Notes under the pieces: generated by a model
What the model was told of the DNA's origin: nothing
The model's database searches: none
What the model saw: the letters and a program-made list of their open reading frames with translations, nothing else
Shown: piece after piece, positions 45,201 through 60,475 of the stretch
Layout: each line of letters starts with the position of its first letter
Numbering within the stretch: the first letter of the stretch is position 1
Translations under genes and position numbers: made by a program
Origin: Squalus acanthias
Lineage: Eukaryota
Direction: 5' to 3'
Assembly (NCBI GenBank): GCA_030390025.1
Contig: JASTWF010000034.1
Coordinates: forward strand, 3,348,001-3,412,000
DNA: 64,000 bases

Positions 45201-48200
45201 TATTCCCCGGTGTCGTGGGAATCCTGTCTAAATAAACAATTAACTGTAACTTTATTCCCTGGTGCAGAGTGACTCATGTCTAAATTAACAATTAACTGTA
45301 AGTTTATTCCCCGGTGCAGAGGGTATCATGTCACAGTTAACAATTTACTGTAACTTTATTACCCGATGTAGGGAGTATCATGTCAAATTAAAAACTGATT
45401 GTAACTTTATTACAGGATGTAAAGGGTATCATGTCTAAATTAACAATTTACTGTAACTTTATACTCCGGTTTAGAGGGAATCATGTCAAATTAACAGTCA
45501 ACTATAACCTTATTCCCCAGTGTAGAGATTATCATGACAAATTAATAATTAACTTTCACTTGTTCCCCAGTTTAGAAGGTATCATGTCTAAATTAAAAAT
45601 GAACTGTAATTTTATTCACCAATGTAGAGGGCATCCTGTCGAAATTAACAATTAACTGAAACTTTATACCCCATTGTAGAGGGCATCGTGTCAAATTAAA
45701 ATTTAAGTGTAACTTTATTCCCCGGTTTAGAGGGATTCATTTCTAAATTAATAATTAACTGTAACTTTATACCCAGTGTAGAGGGTATCATGTCAAATTA
45801 ACAATTAACTAACTTCATTCCCTGGAATACCGGGAATCATGTCTAAATTAACAATTAACTTTAACTTCATTCCCAGATGTAGAGTGTATTATGTCAAATT
45901 AACAATTAACTGTAACTTCATTCCCCGGTGTAGAGTGTATCATGTCAAATTAGCAATTAAGTGTAACTTTATTCCGCGCTTTAGAGGGAATCATTTCAAA
46001 ATTCACAATTCACTGTAACTTTATTCCCCGGTGTAGAGGGCATCATGTCAAATTAACATTTAACTGTAACCTTATTCCTCGGTGTAGAGGGTATCATATC
46101 TAAATTAACAATTTAATGTAACTTTATTCCCCGGTGTAGAGGTTATCATGTAACATTAACAATCAGCTGTAACTTTGTTCCCCAGTGTAGAGGTTATCAT
46201 GCAAAATTAACAATCAACTTTAACTTTATACCCCAATGTAGGGGTTTTCATGACATATTAAAAAATTACTTTAAATATATTCCCCAGTTTAGTGGGCATC
46301 ATGTCAAATTAACAATTAACAATTAACTTTATTCCCTGGTGTAGAGTGTATCATATCAAATTAACAAATAACTGTAACTGTAGTCCCCGGTGTAGAGGGA
46401 ATCATTTCTAAATTAACAATTAACAGTAACTTTATTCCCGGTGTAGAGGGTATCATGTCAAATTAACAATTAACTGTAACTTTACTCCTCGTTGTAGAGG
46501 GCATCATGTTTAAATTAACAATTTAGTATAACTTTATTCCCCGGTGTAGAGGTTATCAAGTCTTATTATTAATTGACTGGTACAGTATTCCCCGGTGTAA
46601 AGGGTATCATGTCAAATTCACAATCAACTGTAACTTTATTCCCCATGTAGAGTTTATCATGACAAATTAAATATTACCTTTAACATTATTCCCCAGTTTA
46701 GAGGATATCAAGTCAAATTAACAATTAATTGTAAATTTACTCCCTGCTATAGAGGGTTTCCTGCCAAAATAAACAATTGACATTTACTTTATTCCCCGGT
46801 GTAGAGTGCATAATGTCGAAATTAACAATTAACTGTAACTTTATTCCCTGGTGTAGAGGGTATCATGTCAATTCAACAATTAATTGTAAATTTGTTCTCT
46901 GGTGCAGAGGGTATCATGTATAAATTAACAATTAAATGTAACTTTATTCCCTGGTGTAGCGGATATCATGTCAAATTAACAATTAACTGCAAATTTATAC
47001 CCAAGTGTAGAGGGTTTCATAAAAGATTAACAGTTAATTGTAAATTTATTCCACAGTGTGGAGGTCATCATGTCAATTAAACAATTAACTGTAACTTTAA
47101 TCTCTGGTGCAAAGGGTATCATGTATAAATTAACAATTAAATGTAACTTTATTCCCCGGTGTAGAGGATATCATGTCAAATTACCAATTAACTGTAACTT
47201 TATTCCCCAGTGTAAAGGGTATCATGACAGATTAACAATTAACTGTAACTTTATTCCCCGGTGTAGAGGGCATCATATAAAATTAACAATTAACTGTAAC
47301 TTTATTCCCTGGTGTTGAGGGAATCCTGTCTAAATTAACAATTAACAGTAACGTTATTCCTCGGTGTAGAGGGCATCATGTCTAAATTAACAATTACCTG
47401 TAAATTTATTCCCCTGTGTAGAAGGCATCATGTCAAAATTAACTATTAACTGTAACTTTATTCCCCAGTGTAGAGGGCATCATGTTTAAATTAACAATTA
47501 ACTGTAACTTTATTCTCCCATGCAGAGGCAACATGTCAAATTAACTATTAAATTTAACATTATTCCCCAGTGCAGAGGATATCATGTCAAATTAACAATT
47601 AACTGTAAATTTACTCTCTGCTGTAGAGGGTTTCATGTCTAAATTAACAATTGACAATTACTTTATTCCCCTGTGCCGAGAGCATCATGTCATATGAAAA
47701 ATTGACTTTTAATTTAATCCCCGGTGTAGAGTGTATCATGTCGAAATTAACAATTAACTTTAACTTTATTCCCCAGTGCAGAGGGTATCAAGTCAAATTA
47801 ACAATTGGCTTTTACTTTATTCCCCGGAGTAGAGGGTATCATGTAAATTCAACAATTACCTGTAACATTATTCTCTGGTGCAGAGGGTATCATGTATAAA
47901 TTAACAATTAAATGTAACTTTACTCCCCAGTGCAAAGGGTAACATGACAGATTAACAATTAACTTCAACTTTATTCCCCGTTGTTGAGGGCATCATATAA
48001 AATTAACAATTAACTGTAACTTTATTCCCCGGTGTAGAGGGTATCATATCAAATTAACAATTAACTGTAACTTTATTCCACGGTGTAGAGTGAATCGTGT
48101 CAAATTAACATTTAACTGTAACATTATTTCGCGGTGTAGAGGGTATCATATCTAAATTAACAATTTAATGTAACTTTATTCCCCGGTGTAGAGGTTATCA

Positions 48201-51200
48201 TGTAAACTTAACAATTAACTGTAACTTTATTCCACGGTGTACAGGGTATCATGTCATTATTAGCAATTGACTGAAACTTTATTCCATTGTGTGGAGGGAA
48301 TCATGCCTAAATTAACAATTAACTATAACTTTATTCCCCGGTGTGCAGAGAATCATGTCTAAATTAACAATTAACTGTAACTTTATTCCCCTGTGCAGAG
48401 GGTATCATGTAATATTAACAATCAAGTTTTACTTTATTCACCGGTGTAGAAGGTATCATGTAAAATTAAAATTCATCTGTAACTTTATACCCAGTGTAGA
48501 GGTCATCATGACAAATTAAAAATTAAATTTAAATTTATTCCTCAGTGTAGTGGGCATCATGGCAAAATTAACAATTAACTGTAACATTATTCCAAATTGT
48601 AGAGGATATCATGCCAAAATTAGAAATTGACAGTAACTTTATTCTATGGTGTGCAGGGAATCATGTCTAAATTAACAATTAACTGTTACGTTATTCCCCA
48701 GTATACAGGTTATCATGTCAAAAATAGCAATTAACAGTAACTGTATTCCCCGGTGCAGAGGGCATCATGACATATTAAAAAGTAACTTTTACTTTATTCC
48801 CCAGTTTAGAAGGTATCATGTCTAAATTAAAAATTAACTGTAATTTTATTCACCAATGTAGAGGGCCTCCTGTCGACATTAACAATTAAATGAAAATGTA
48901 TACCCCGGTGTAGAGGGCATCATGTCAAATTAACAATTAAGTGTAACTTTATTCCCCGGTTTAGAGGGCTTCATTTCTGAATTAACAATTCACTGGAACT
49001 TTATTCCCCGGTGTAGAGGGCATCATGTTAAATAACAATCAACTGTAACTTTGTTCCCCAGTGTAGAGGTTATCATGTAAAATTAACAATCAACTATAAC
49101 TTTATTCCCCAGTTTAGAGGTTTTCATGACAAATTAACAAATAACTTTAAATATATTCCCCAGGTTAGTGGGCATCATGTCAAATTAACAAATAACTCTA
49201 ACTTTATTCCTGGTGTAGAGTGTATCATGTTAAATTCATAAGTAACTGTAACTTTAGTCCCCGGTGAAGGGGGCTTCATTTCAAAATGAGCAATTAACTG
49301 TAACATTATTCCACAGTGTAGAGGGTATCTTGTCAAAATTAGCAATTGACTGAAATTGTATTCCATTGTGTGGAGGGAATCATGTCTAAATTAACAATCA
49401 ACTGTAACTTTATTTCCCGGTGTAGAGGGCATCATGTTAAATAAACAATTAATTGTAACTTAATTCCCAGGGGTAGAGTCTATCATGTCAAATTAGCAAT
49501 TAAGTGTAACTTTATTCCCCGGTGTAGAGGGCATCATGTCAAATTAACATTTAAATGTAATCTTATTCCTCGGTGTAGAGTGTATCATATCTACATTTAC
49601 AATTTAATGTAACTTTATTCCCCGGTCTAGAGGTTATCATTTAAAAATAACAATCAACTGTAACTTTGTTCCCCAGTGTAGAGGTTATCATGTAAAATTA
49701 ACAATCAACTATAACTTTATTCCCCTGTTTAGAGGTTTTCATGACAAATTAACAAATAACTTTAAATATATTCCCCAGGTTAGTGGGCATCATGTCAAAT
49801 TAACAAATAACTCTAACTTTATTCCCTGGTGTAGAGTGTATCATGTTAAATTCATAAGTAACTGTAACTTTAGTCCCCGGTGAAGGGGGCTTCATTTCAA
49901 AATTAGCAATTGACTGTAACATTATTCCACAGTTTAGAGGGTATCTTGTCAAAATTAGCAATTGACTGAAATGTTATTCCATTGTGTGGAGGGAATCATG
50001 TCTAAATTAACAATCAACTGTAACTTTATTTCCCGGTGTAGAGGGTATCATGTAAAATTAACAATCAACTGCAACTTTATTCCCAGTGTAGAGGTTTTCA
50101 TGACAAATTAAAGATTAAATTTATATTTATTCCGCAGTGTGGCGGGCATCATGGCAAAATTAACAATTAACTGTAACATTATTCCAAAGTGTAGAGGATA
50201 TCATGTCAAAATTAGCAATTGACTGTAACTTTATTCTATGGTGTGCAGGGAATCATGTCTAAATTAACAATTAACTGCAACTTTATTCCCCGGTGTGCAG
50301 GGAATCATGTCTAAATTAACAGTTAACTGTAACTTTATTCCCCTGTGTAGAAGGTATCATGTAAAATTAACAATCAACTGTAACTTTATTCCCCGGTGTA
50401 GAGGGTATCATGTCAAAATTAGCAATTGACTGTAACTTTATTCTATGGTGTGCAGGGAATCATGTCTAAATTAACAATTAACTGTAACTTTATTCCCCGG
50501 TATACAGGGTATCATTTCAAAATTAGCAATTAACTGTAACTATATTCCCCGGTGTAGAGGGCATCATATCGAAATTAACAATTAACTGTAACTTTATTCA
50601 CCGTTGTAGAGGGTTTCATGTCAAAATAAATATTAAGGGTAACTATATTCACTGATGTAGAGGGTATCGTGTCAAATCAACAATTAACAGTAACTTTATT
50701 CCTCGATGTAGCAGGAATCATGTCTAAATTAAGAATTAACTGTAACTTTATTCCCCGGTGTTGAGGGGATCCTGTCTAAATTAACAATTAACTGTAACTT
50801 TATTCCCCAGTGTAGAAGGTATCATGTGTAAATTAACATTTAACTGTAACTTCATTCCCTGGAATACCGGGAATCATATCTTAATGAACGATTAACTGTA
50901 ATTTTATTCCCCAGTGTAGAGGGCATCATCTCGAAATTAACAATTAACTGAAACTTTATTGCCCGGTGTAGAGGGCATAATGGCAAATTAACAATTAACT
51001 GTTACTTTATTCTCCGGTGTAGAGGGCATAATGTCAAATTAACAATTAACTGTTACTTTATTCCCCGGTGTCGAGGTTATCATGTCTAAATTAACAATTA
51101 ACTGTATCTTTATTCCCCAGTGTCGAGGGCATCATATTAATTTAACAATTAACTGGAACTTTATTCCCCGGTGTAGAGGGTATCATTTCAAATTAACTAT

Positions 51201-54200
51201 CTTTATTCCTCGGTGTAGAGATTATCATGTTAAAAAAATTGACTTTTACTTTATTCCCCGGTGTAGAGGGTGTCATGTAAATTCAACAATTACCTGTAAC
51301 TTTATTCTCTGGTGCAGAGGGTGGCATGTATAAATTAACAATTAAATGTATCTTTATTCCCCGGTGTAGAGGATATCATGTCAAATTAACAATTACATGT
51401 AACTTTATTCCCCAGTGTAGAGGGTATCATGACAGATTAACAATTAACTTCAACTTTATTCCCCGATTTTGAGGGCATCATATAATATTAACAATTAAGT
51501 GTAACTTTATTTCCCGGTGCAGAGGGTATCATATCAAATGAACAATTAACTGTAACTTTACTCCCCGGTGTAGAGGGAATCATGTCAAAATTAACATTTA
51601 ACTGTAACTTCTTTCCCCGGTGTAGAGGGCATCATGTCAAAATTTGCAATTAACTGTAACTATATTCCCCGGTGTGAAGTGTATGTTGTTTAAGTTAACA
51701 ATTAACTGTAACCTTAATCCCCGGTTTAGAGGATATCATGTAAAATTAACAATTAACTGTAACTTATTCCCCGGTGTAGAGGGCATTATGTCAAAATAAA
51801 CAATTAACTGTAAATTTATTACGCGGTGTAAAGGACATTATGTCAAAATTAGCAATTAACTGTAACTATATTCCACGTTGCAGAGGGTATCATATCAAAT
51901 TAACAATTAACTGTAACTTTATTTCCCAGTGTAGAGGGTTCCATTTAAAATTAAATGTATTATTATTCCCCAGTGTAGAGATTATTGACTGTAATGTTAT
52001 TCCACAGTGCAGAGGGTATCATGTAAATTCAACAATTAGCAGTAAGTTTATTCTCTGGTGTACAGGGTATCATTTCTAAATTAACAATTAACTGTAACTT
52101 TATTTCACACTGTAGAGGACATCATGAAAAATTAACAATTAACTGTAAAATTATTCTCCGGTGTAGAGGTTATGGTATCAAATTAACAATTTACTGTAAC
52201 TTTATTCCCCGGTGTAGAGGGCAACATGTAAAAATTAACAATTAACTGTAACTTTATTCCGCATTGCAGTGGGTATCATGTCTAAATTAACAATTAAAAG
52301 TAACTTTTTTCCCCAGTTTAGAGTATATCATGTAAAATTAACAATTAAATTAACTTTATTCCCCGGTGTAGAGGATATTATGTGAATTAAAAATTAACTG
52401 CAAAATTCTTCTCTTGTGAACAGGATATCATGCCAAATTAAAAATTAACTGTGACTTTATTCTGTGCTGTAGAGGATATCATGTCTAAATTAACGATTAA
52501 ATGTAAAATTATTCTCCGGTGTAGAGGTTATGATGTCAAATTAACAATTAACAGTAACTTTATTCCCCGATGTAGAGGGTATCCTGTCTAAATTAGCAAT
52601 TAACTGTAACTTTGTTCCCCAGTGTAGAAGGTATCATGTCTAAATTAACAATTAAGTTTAACTTTATTCCCCTGTTGAGAAGGTATCATGTCTAAATTAA
52701 CGATTAAGTGTCACTTTATTCCCCTGTTGAGAAGGTATCATTTCTAAATTAACAATTAACTTTAACATTATTCCCCGGTGTAGAGGATATCATGTCGAAA
52801 TTAACAATTAACTGTAACTTTATTCCCTGGTGCATAGGGTATCATGTCAATTTAACAATTGAGTGTAACTTTATTCCCCTGTGCATAGTGTATCATGTCA
52901 AAATTAACCATTAACTGTAACTTTATTTCCCGGTGTAGAGTGTATCATGTCGAAATTAACAATTGACTGTAACTTTATTCCCCGGTGTAGAGGGCACCAT
53001 TTCGAATTAACTGTATCTTTATTCCCCAGTGTATAAATTATCCTGTTAAAAAAAATGACTGCAACTTTATTCCACAGTGTGGAGGGTATCATGTAAATTC
53101 AACAATTTACTGTAAATTTATTCCCCAGTGTAGAGGGTATCATGAAAGATTAACAATTAACTTCAACTTTATTCCCCGGTGTTGAGGGCATAATGTAACA
53201 TTAACAATTAACTGTAAATTTATTCCCCAGTGTAGAGGGTATCATGTCAAATTAACAAATAACTGTAACTTTATTCCCCGGTGTACAGGTGATCATGTCA
53301 AATTAACAATTACCTGTAACCTTATATCCTGAGTGTAGAGGGTATGATGTCTTATTTAACAATTAAATGTAACTTTATACCCTAGTGTGGAGGGTATCAT
53401 GTCAAATTACCAATTGACAGTAACGTTATTCCCTGTTGTGGTGGGAAACTTTTCTTAATTTACAATAAACTATAATTTTATTCCACAGTGTGGAGGGAAA
53501 TATATCTAAATTAACAAATAACTGTAAATGTTTTCCCCTGTGTACAAGGTAACATGTCTAAATTAACAATTAACTGTAACTTTATTCACCGATGTAGAGG
53601 GCATCATTTCAAATTAAATATTAAGTGTAACTAAGTTTACAGGTTTAGAGGGCATCACGTCAAATTAACAATTAACTGTAACTTTATGTTCTCTGCGTAG
53701 AGGGTAACATGACAAGTTAAAAATTAACTATCAATTTATTCCCCAGTGTAGAGGTTATCATGTCAAATTAACAATTAACTGTAACTTTAGACCCCGGTGT
53801 AGAGGGCTTCATGTCAAAATTAACAATTAATTGTAAATTTATTCACCGGTGTAGAGGGTATCATGTCTAAATTAACAATTAACTGTAACTATATCCCCCG
53901 GTGTTGAGGGAATCCTGTCTAAATTAACAATTAACAATTGACTGGTACAGTATTCCCCAGTGAAAAGTGTATCATGACAAATTAAAAATTAACTTTAACA
54001 TTAATCCCTAGTGTAGAGGATATCATGTCAAATTAACAAGTAAATGTAACTTTATTCAACAGTGAAGAGGATATCATGTCAAATTAACAATTAACTGTAA
54101 ATTTACTCCCTGCTGTAGAGGGTTTCATGCCTAAATTAACAATTGACAATTAATTTATTCCCCGGTGCCGAGGGTATCATGTCAAAATTAACAATTCACT

Positions 54201-54210
54201 TTAACTTTAT

Positions 54211-55471
54211 TGTAGGGTGTGGTATTGGGTTCAGCCTTCACCTCTGACTCAGTGAGCAGTTCGAATCGATCACACGCCCCTGGTTACTAGAATTTGGACT
54301 TATTGGTCCTGAACAAAGATTCAGTAGACAACAGGTTCTAATGAAAGATTTCTGATTTTATTAAAAGAAAAAGGTAACAAACTTAAAACACACTTAATAC
54401 TTGAACACAGGTTGAGCAACACTCGGTACAGTCGAGGGATACCGACAATATACAAAAAAAACCTTGCCCATCCCAAAAATCCCACTATCTAGCTAGGTTT
54501 TGGTTTCAGGAGATCAGGGATAATGCTCACCGAACGAATCCTTGAGAGTTGAGAGTTAGGGTTTAGAGTCTTTTGAATAAAAGGTTTCGTAAGGCCCTTG
54601 TTGCCGCGAGGTGTCCAATGGTCACTGAGGCAGTCGCGCTGGTTTCTTCTTGTGAGTTGGTCTGTTTGTGAAGTTGTTGGCCTTCTTTCCTCCTTCTCCT
54701 CGTGGCTTGTGGTGTCGTTGCTGGAGCAGAGCTGAGAGAGAGAGAGAGAGCTGTGCGAGCGTTGAGTGCGTTGTCAGCGAGTCCAGAGAGAGAGAGTCTT
54801 GTGACATTAGGTCCCCAATTATACTTTCCTTTTCGCGCTCAAAACCCCTTACTAAAACGGTTTCCCTTAGATTTCAAATGAGCCCTGTTTACTCCATTGT
54901 TAGTTTTGGCGGGCTTCTCAGTTTCGATGGCTTTAACTTTGTGTTAAACATGTCCTGATAGCTTCCGATTTAGGCAAGGCCTTTATCTACGCGCCAAATC
55001 TTGTCCCTATTGTCCTTGGTATTTGGCGCACTTTAAATCTGTCCTGTGGATACCTGGTTGATTGGTTTTTGATGAAGTAAATCGGGGCACTAAATGTTTT
55101 ATTTATTTCAGGCTTCTGGTATCCTGTTTGGGCCTGGGAATTTCAAAAGAGGTCTTGGATTATACATATTTGGTTGTGTGTGTGAGGCTTTTGGGTTTGT
55201 CTCTTCCTTCTTGGTAGGATGGCAGTGTAAACACATTCCCAGACAGCTTGATTGGGCCCCAATACCCAAATCTGTCCACTGCCTGGGCACGCCACTCCGT
55301 AGCCTGTCGGTGTCTGTGAAAGGTGTCTTTCCCAACAGTAAGATTCAAAAAGTCATTTTCCTCAGGGTTTTTCTTACCTGATCTTTACAAATTTCCAAAA
55401 CTGAGTGTTTTACCTCAAATCACTTCACTTAGGGTTCTGTTCGAGTTTCTGGGGGTTTTGCGAAGCCTACA
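54211..55471 (-). mobile_element. Solo LTR, copy 1 (1261 bp)
   Basis: Inverted termini TGTAGG...CCTACA and 4-bp TSD TTAT. The minus strand shows CCAAT (55061-55065), GTATAA (54819-54824) and AATAAA (54357-54362) in U3-R-U5 order. Confidence 0.85.
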
Positions 55472-58400
55472 TTATTCCCAGCTGCAGAGTTTATCATGTC
55501 GAAATTAACAATTAACTGTAACTTAATTCCCCGGTGTAGAGATTATCATGTTAAAAAAAATGACTAACTTTATTCCACAGTGTAGAGGGTATCATGTCAA
55601 TTCAACAATTAAACTGTAACTTTACTCCATGGTGTAGAGGATATCATGTCAAATTAACAATTAACTGTAACATTATCCCCGGTGTAGAGGGTATCATATC
55701 AAATTAACAATTAACTGTAACTTTATTTCCCGGTGTAGAGGGTATTATGTCAAAAATTGCAATTAACTGCAACTATAATCCCCGGTGTGGAGGGAATCAT
55801 TTCTAAATAAACCATTAAATATAACTTTATACCCCTTTGTAGAAGGTATCATGTCTAAATTAACAATTAACTGGAACTTTTTTCCCCGGTGTAGAGGGTA
55901 TCATATCAAATTAACAATTAACTGTAACTTCATTCCCAGGTGTTGAGTGTAGCATGTCAAATAAAAAATTAGTGTAAATTTATTCCCTGGTTTAGAGGGT
56001 ATCATTTCTATATTAACAATTCACTGTAACTTTATTCCCTGGTGTAGAGGGCATCATGTCAAATTAACATTTAAATGTAATCTTATTCCTCAGTGTAGAG
56101 GGTATCATATCTAAATTTTCAATTTAATGTAACTTTATTCCCCGGTGTAGAGGTTATCGTCTAAAAATAACAATCATCTGTAACTTTGTTCCCCAATGTA
56201 GAGATGGTCATGTAAAATTAACAATCAACTATAACTTTATTCCCCAGTTTAGAGGTTTTCATGACAAATTAACAAATAACATTAAATATATTCCCCAGTT
56301 TAGTGGGCATCATGTCAAATTAACAAATAACTCTTACTTTATTCCCCGGTGTAGAGTGTATCATGTCAAATTAACAATTAACTGTAACTTTAGTCCCCGG
56401 TGTAGAGGGCTTCGTTTCAAAATTAAAAATTAAGTGTAACATTATTCCAAAGTGTAGAGGATTTCATGTCAAAATTAGCAATTGACTGTAACTTTATTCT
56501 ATGGTGTGCAGGGAATCATGTCTAAATTAACAATTAACTGTAACTTTATTCCCCGGTATACAGGGTATCATGTAAAAATGAGCAATTTACCGTAACTATA
56601 TTCCCCAGTGTAGATGGCATCATATCTAAATTAACAATTAACTGTAACTTTATTCACCGTTGTAGAGGGCTTCATGTCAAAATAATTATTAAGGGTAACT
56701 ATATTCACTGATGTAGAGGGTATCGTGTCAAATCAACATATAACAGTAACTTTATTCCTCGATGTAGAAGGAATCATGTCTAAATTAACAATTACCTGTA
56801 ACTTTATTCCCCGGTGTTGAGGGAATCCTGTCTAAATTAACAATTAACTGTAACTTTATTCCCCAGTGTAGAAGGTATCATGTGTAAATTAACAATTAAC
56901 TGTAACTTCATTCCCTGGATATCGGGAATCATGTCTTAATTAACGATTAACTGTAATTTTATTCCTCAATGTAGAGGGCATCATGTCGAAATTAACAATT
57001 AACTGTTACTTTATTTCCCGGTGTAGAGGTTATCATGTCCAAATTAACAATTAACTGTATCTTTATTCCCCGTTGTCGAGGGCATCATATTAATTTAACA
57101 ATTTACTGTAACTTTATTCCGCGGTGTAGAGGGTATCATTTCAAATTAACTGTATCTTTATTCCTCGGTGCAGAGATTATCATGTTAAAAAATATGACTT
57201 TTATTTATTCCCCGGTGTAGAGGGTATGATGTAAATTCAACAATTACCTGTAACTTTATTCTATGGTGCAGAGGGTGGCATGTATAGATTAACAATTAAA
57301 TGTATCGTTATTCCCCGGTGTAGAGGATATCATGTCAAATTAACAATTACATGTAACTTTATTCCCCAGTGCAGAGGGTATCATGACAGATTAACAATTA
57401 ACTTCAACTTTATTCCCCGGTGTTGAGGGCATCATATAAAATTAACAATTAACTGTAACTTTATTTCCCGGTGTAGAGGGTATCATATCAAATGAACAAT
57501 TAACTGTAACTTTACTCCCCGGTGTAGAGGGCATCATGTCAAAATTAACAATTAACTGTAACTTTTTCCCCCGGTGTAGAGGGCATCATGTCAAAATTTG
57601 CAATTAACTGTAACTATATTCCCCGGTGTGAAGTGTATGATGTTTAAGTTAACAATTAACTGTAACCTTATTCCCCGGTTTAGAGGATATCATGTCAAAT
57701 TAACAATTAACTGTAACTTTATTCCCCGGTGCAGAGGATATCATATCAAATAAACAATTAACTGTAACTTTATTTCCCAGTGCAGAGGGATCCATTTCAA
57801 ATTAAATGTATCATTATTCCCCAGTGTAGAGATTATTGACTGTAATTGTATTCCACAGTGTAGAGGGTATGATGTAAATCCAACAATTAACAGTACGTTT
57901 ATTCTCTGGTGTACAGGGCATCATGTCTAAATTAACAATTAGCTGTAACTTTATTTCACAGTGTAGAAGACATCATGAAAAATTAACAATTAACTGTAAC
58001 TTTATTTCCCGGTGTAGAGGGTATCATATCAAATTAACAATTTACTGTAACTTTATTCCCCGGTGTAGAGAGCATCATGTAAAAATTTACAATTAACTGT
58101 AATTTTATTCCGCATGGTAGTGGGTATCATGTCTAAATTAACAATTAACAGTAACTTTCTTCCCCGGTGTAGTGGATATCATGTCTATTAAAAATTAACT
58201 GTAAAATTGTTCTCTTGTGTACAGGATATCATGCCAAATTCAAAATTAACTATGACTTTATTCTATTCTGTAGAGTATATCATGTCTAAATTAACAATGA
58301 ACTGTATAATTATTCTCCGGTGTAGAGGTTATCATGTCAAATTAACAATTAACAGTAACTTAATTCCCCGATGTAGAGGGTATCCTGTCTAAATTAGCAA

Positions 58401-60475
58401 TTAACTGTAACTTTGTTCCCCAGTGTAGAAGGTATCATGTCTAATTCAACAATTAAGTGTAACTTTATTCCATTGTTGAGAAGGTATCATGTCTAAATTA
58501 ACAATTAATTGTAACTTTATTCCCCTGTTGAGAAGGTATCATGTCTAAATTAACAATTAACTGTAACATTATTCCCCACTGTAGAGGGCATCATGTCGAA
58601 ATTAACAATTAATTGTAACGTTATTCCCCGGTGTATAGGGCATCATGTCAAATTAACAATTAACTTTAACATTATTCCCCAGTGTAGAGGATATCATGTC
58701 AAATTAACAATTAACTGTAAATCTTCTCCTTGGTGTAGAGTGTTTCAGGCCTAAATTAACAATTGATATTTACGTTATTCACCGGTGTAAAGGATATCAT
58801 GTCGAAATTAACAATTAACTGTAACTTTATTCCACAGTGTGGAGGGAAACATATCTAAATTAACAAATAACTGTAAATGTATTCCCCTGTGTACAAGTTA
58901 ACATGTCTAAACTAACGATTAACTGTAACTTTATTCACCGTTGTAGAGGGCATCATTTCAAATTAAATATTAAGTGTAACTATTTTTACTGGTGTAGAGG
59001 GCATCATGTCAAATTAACCATTAACTGTAACTTTATATTCTCAGCGTAGAGGATATCATGACAAGTTAAAAATTAACTTTAAATTTATTCCCCAGTGTAG
59101 AGGTTATCATGTCAAATTAACAATTATCTGTAACTTTAGTTCCCGGTGTAGAGGGCTTCATGTCAAAATTTTCAATGAATTGTAAATTTATTCCCCGGTG
59201 TAGAGGGTATCATGTCTAAATTAAAAATTAACTGTAACTATATCCCCCGGTGTTCAGGGAATCCTGTCTAAATTAACAAATAACAATTGACTGGTACAGT
59301 ATTACCCAATGAAAAGGGTATCCTGACAAATTAAAAATTCACTTTAACATTATTCCCCAGTGTAGAGGATATCATGTCAAATTAACAATTAACTGTAAAT
59401 TTGCTCCTTGGTGTAGAGTGTTTCATGCCTAAATTAACAATTGATATTTACGTTATTCCCCGGTGTAGAGGATATCATGTCGAAATTAACAATTAAATGT
59501 AACTTTATTCCCCGGTGTAGAGGGCACCGTTTCAAATTAACTGCATCTTTATTCCCCAGTGTTGAAATTATCATGTTTAAAAAAATGACTGCAACTTTAT
59601 TCCACAGTGTGGAGGGTATCATGCCAATTCAACAATTTACTGTAACTTTATTCCCCAGTATAGAGGGTATCATGAAAGATTAACAATTAACTTCAACTTT
59701 ATTCCCCGGTGTTGAGGGCATAATGTAAAATTAACAATTAACTGTAACTTTATTCCCCAGTGTAGAGGGTATCATATCAAATTAACCATTAACTGGATCT
59801 TTATTCCCCGGTGTAGAGGTTATCATGTCAAATTAACAATTACCTGTAACATTATATCCTGAATGTAGAGGGTATGATGTCTTATTTAACAATTAAATGT
59901 AACTTTATACCCTGGTGTGGAGGGTATCATGTCAAATTACCAATTGACAGTTATTTTATTCCCTGGTGTGGTGGGAAACTTTTCTTAATTTACAATAAAC
60001 TGTAACTTTATTCCACAGTGTGGAGGGAAACATATCTAAATTAACAAATAACTGTAAATTTATTCCCCTGTGTACAAGGTAACATGTCTAAATTAACAAT
60101 TAACTGCAACTTTATTCACCGTTGTAGAGGGCATCATTTCAAATTAAATATTAAGTGTAACTATTTTTACTGGTGTAGAGGGCATCATGTCAAATTAACA
60201 ATTAACTGTAACTTTATATTCTCAGCGTAGAGGATATCATGACAAGTTAAAAATTCACTTTAACATTATTCCCCAGTGTAGAGGATATCACGTCAAATTA
60301 ACAAGTAAATGTAACTTTATTCCACGGTGAAGAGGATATCATGTCAAATTAACAATTAACTGTACATTTACTCCCTGCTGTAGAGGGTTTCATGCCTAAA
60401 TTAACAATTGATAATTACTTTATTCCCCGGTGCCGAGGGTATCATGTCAGAATTAACAATTGACTTTAACTTTAT

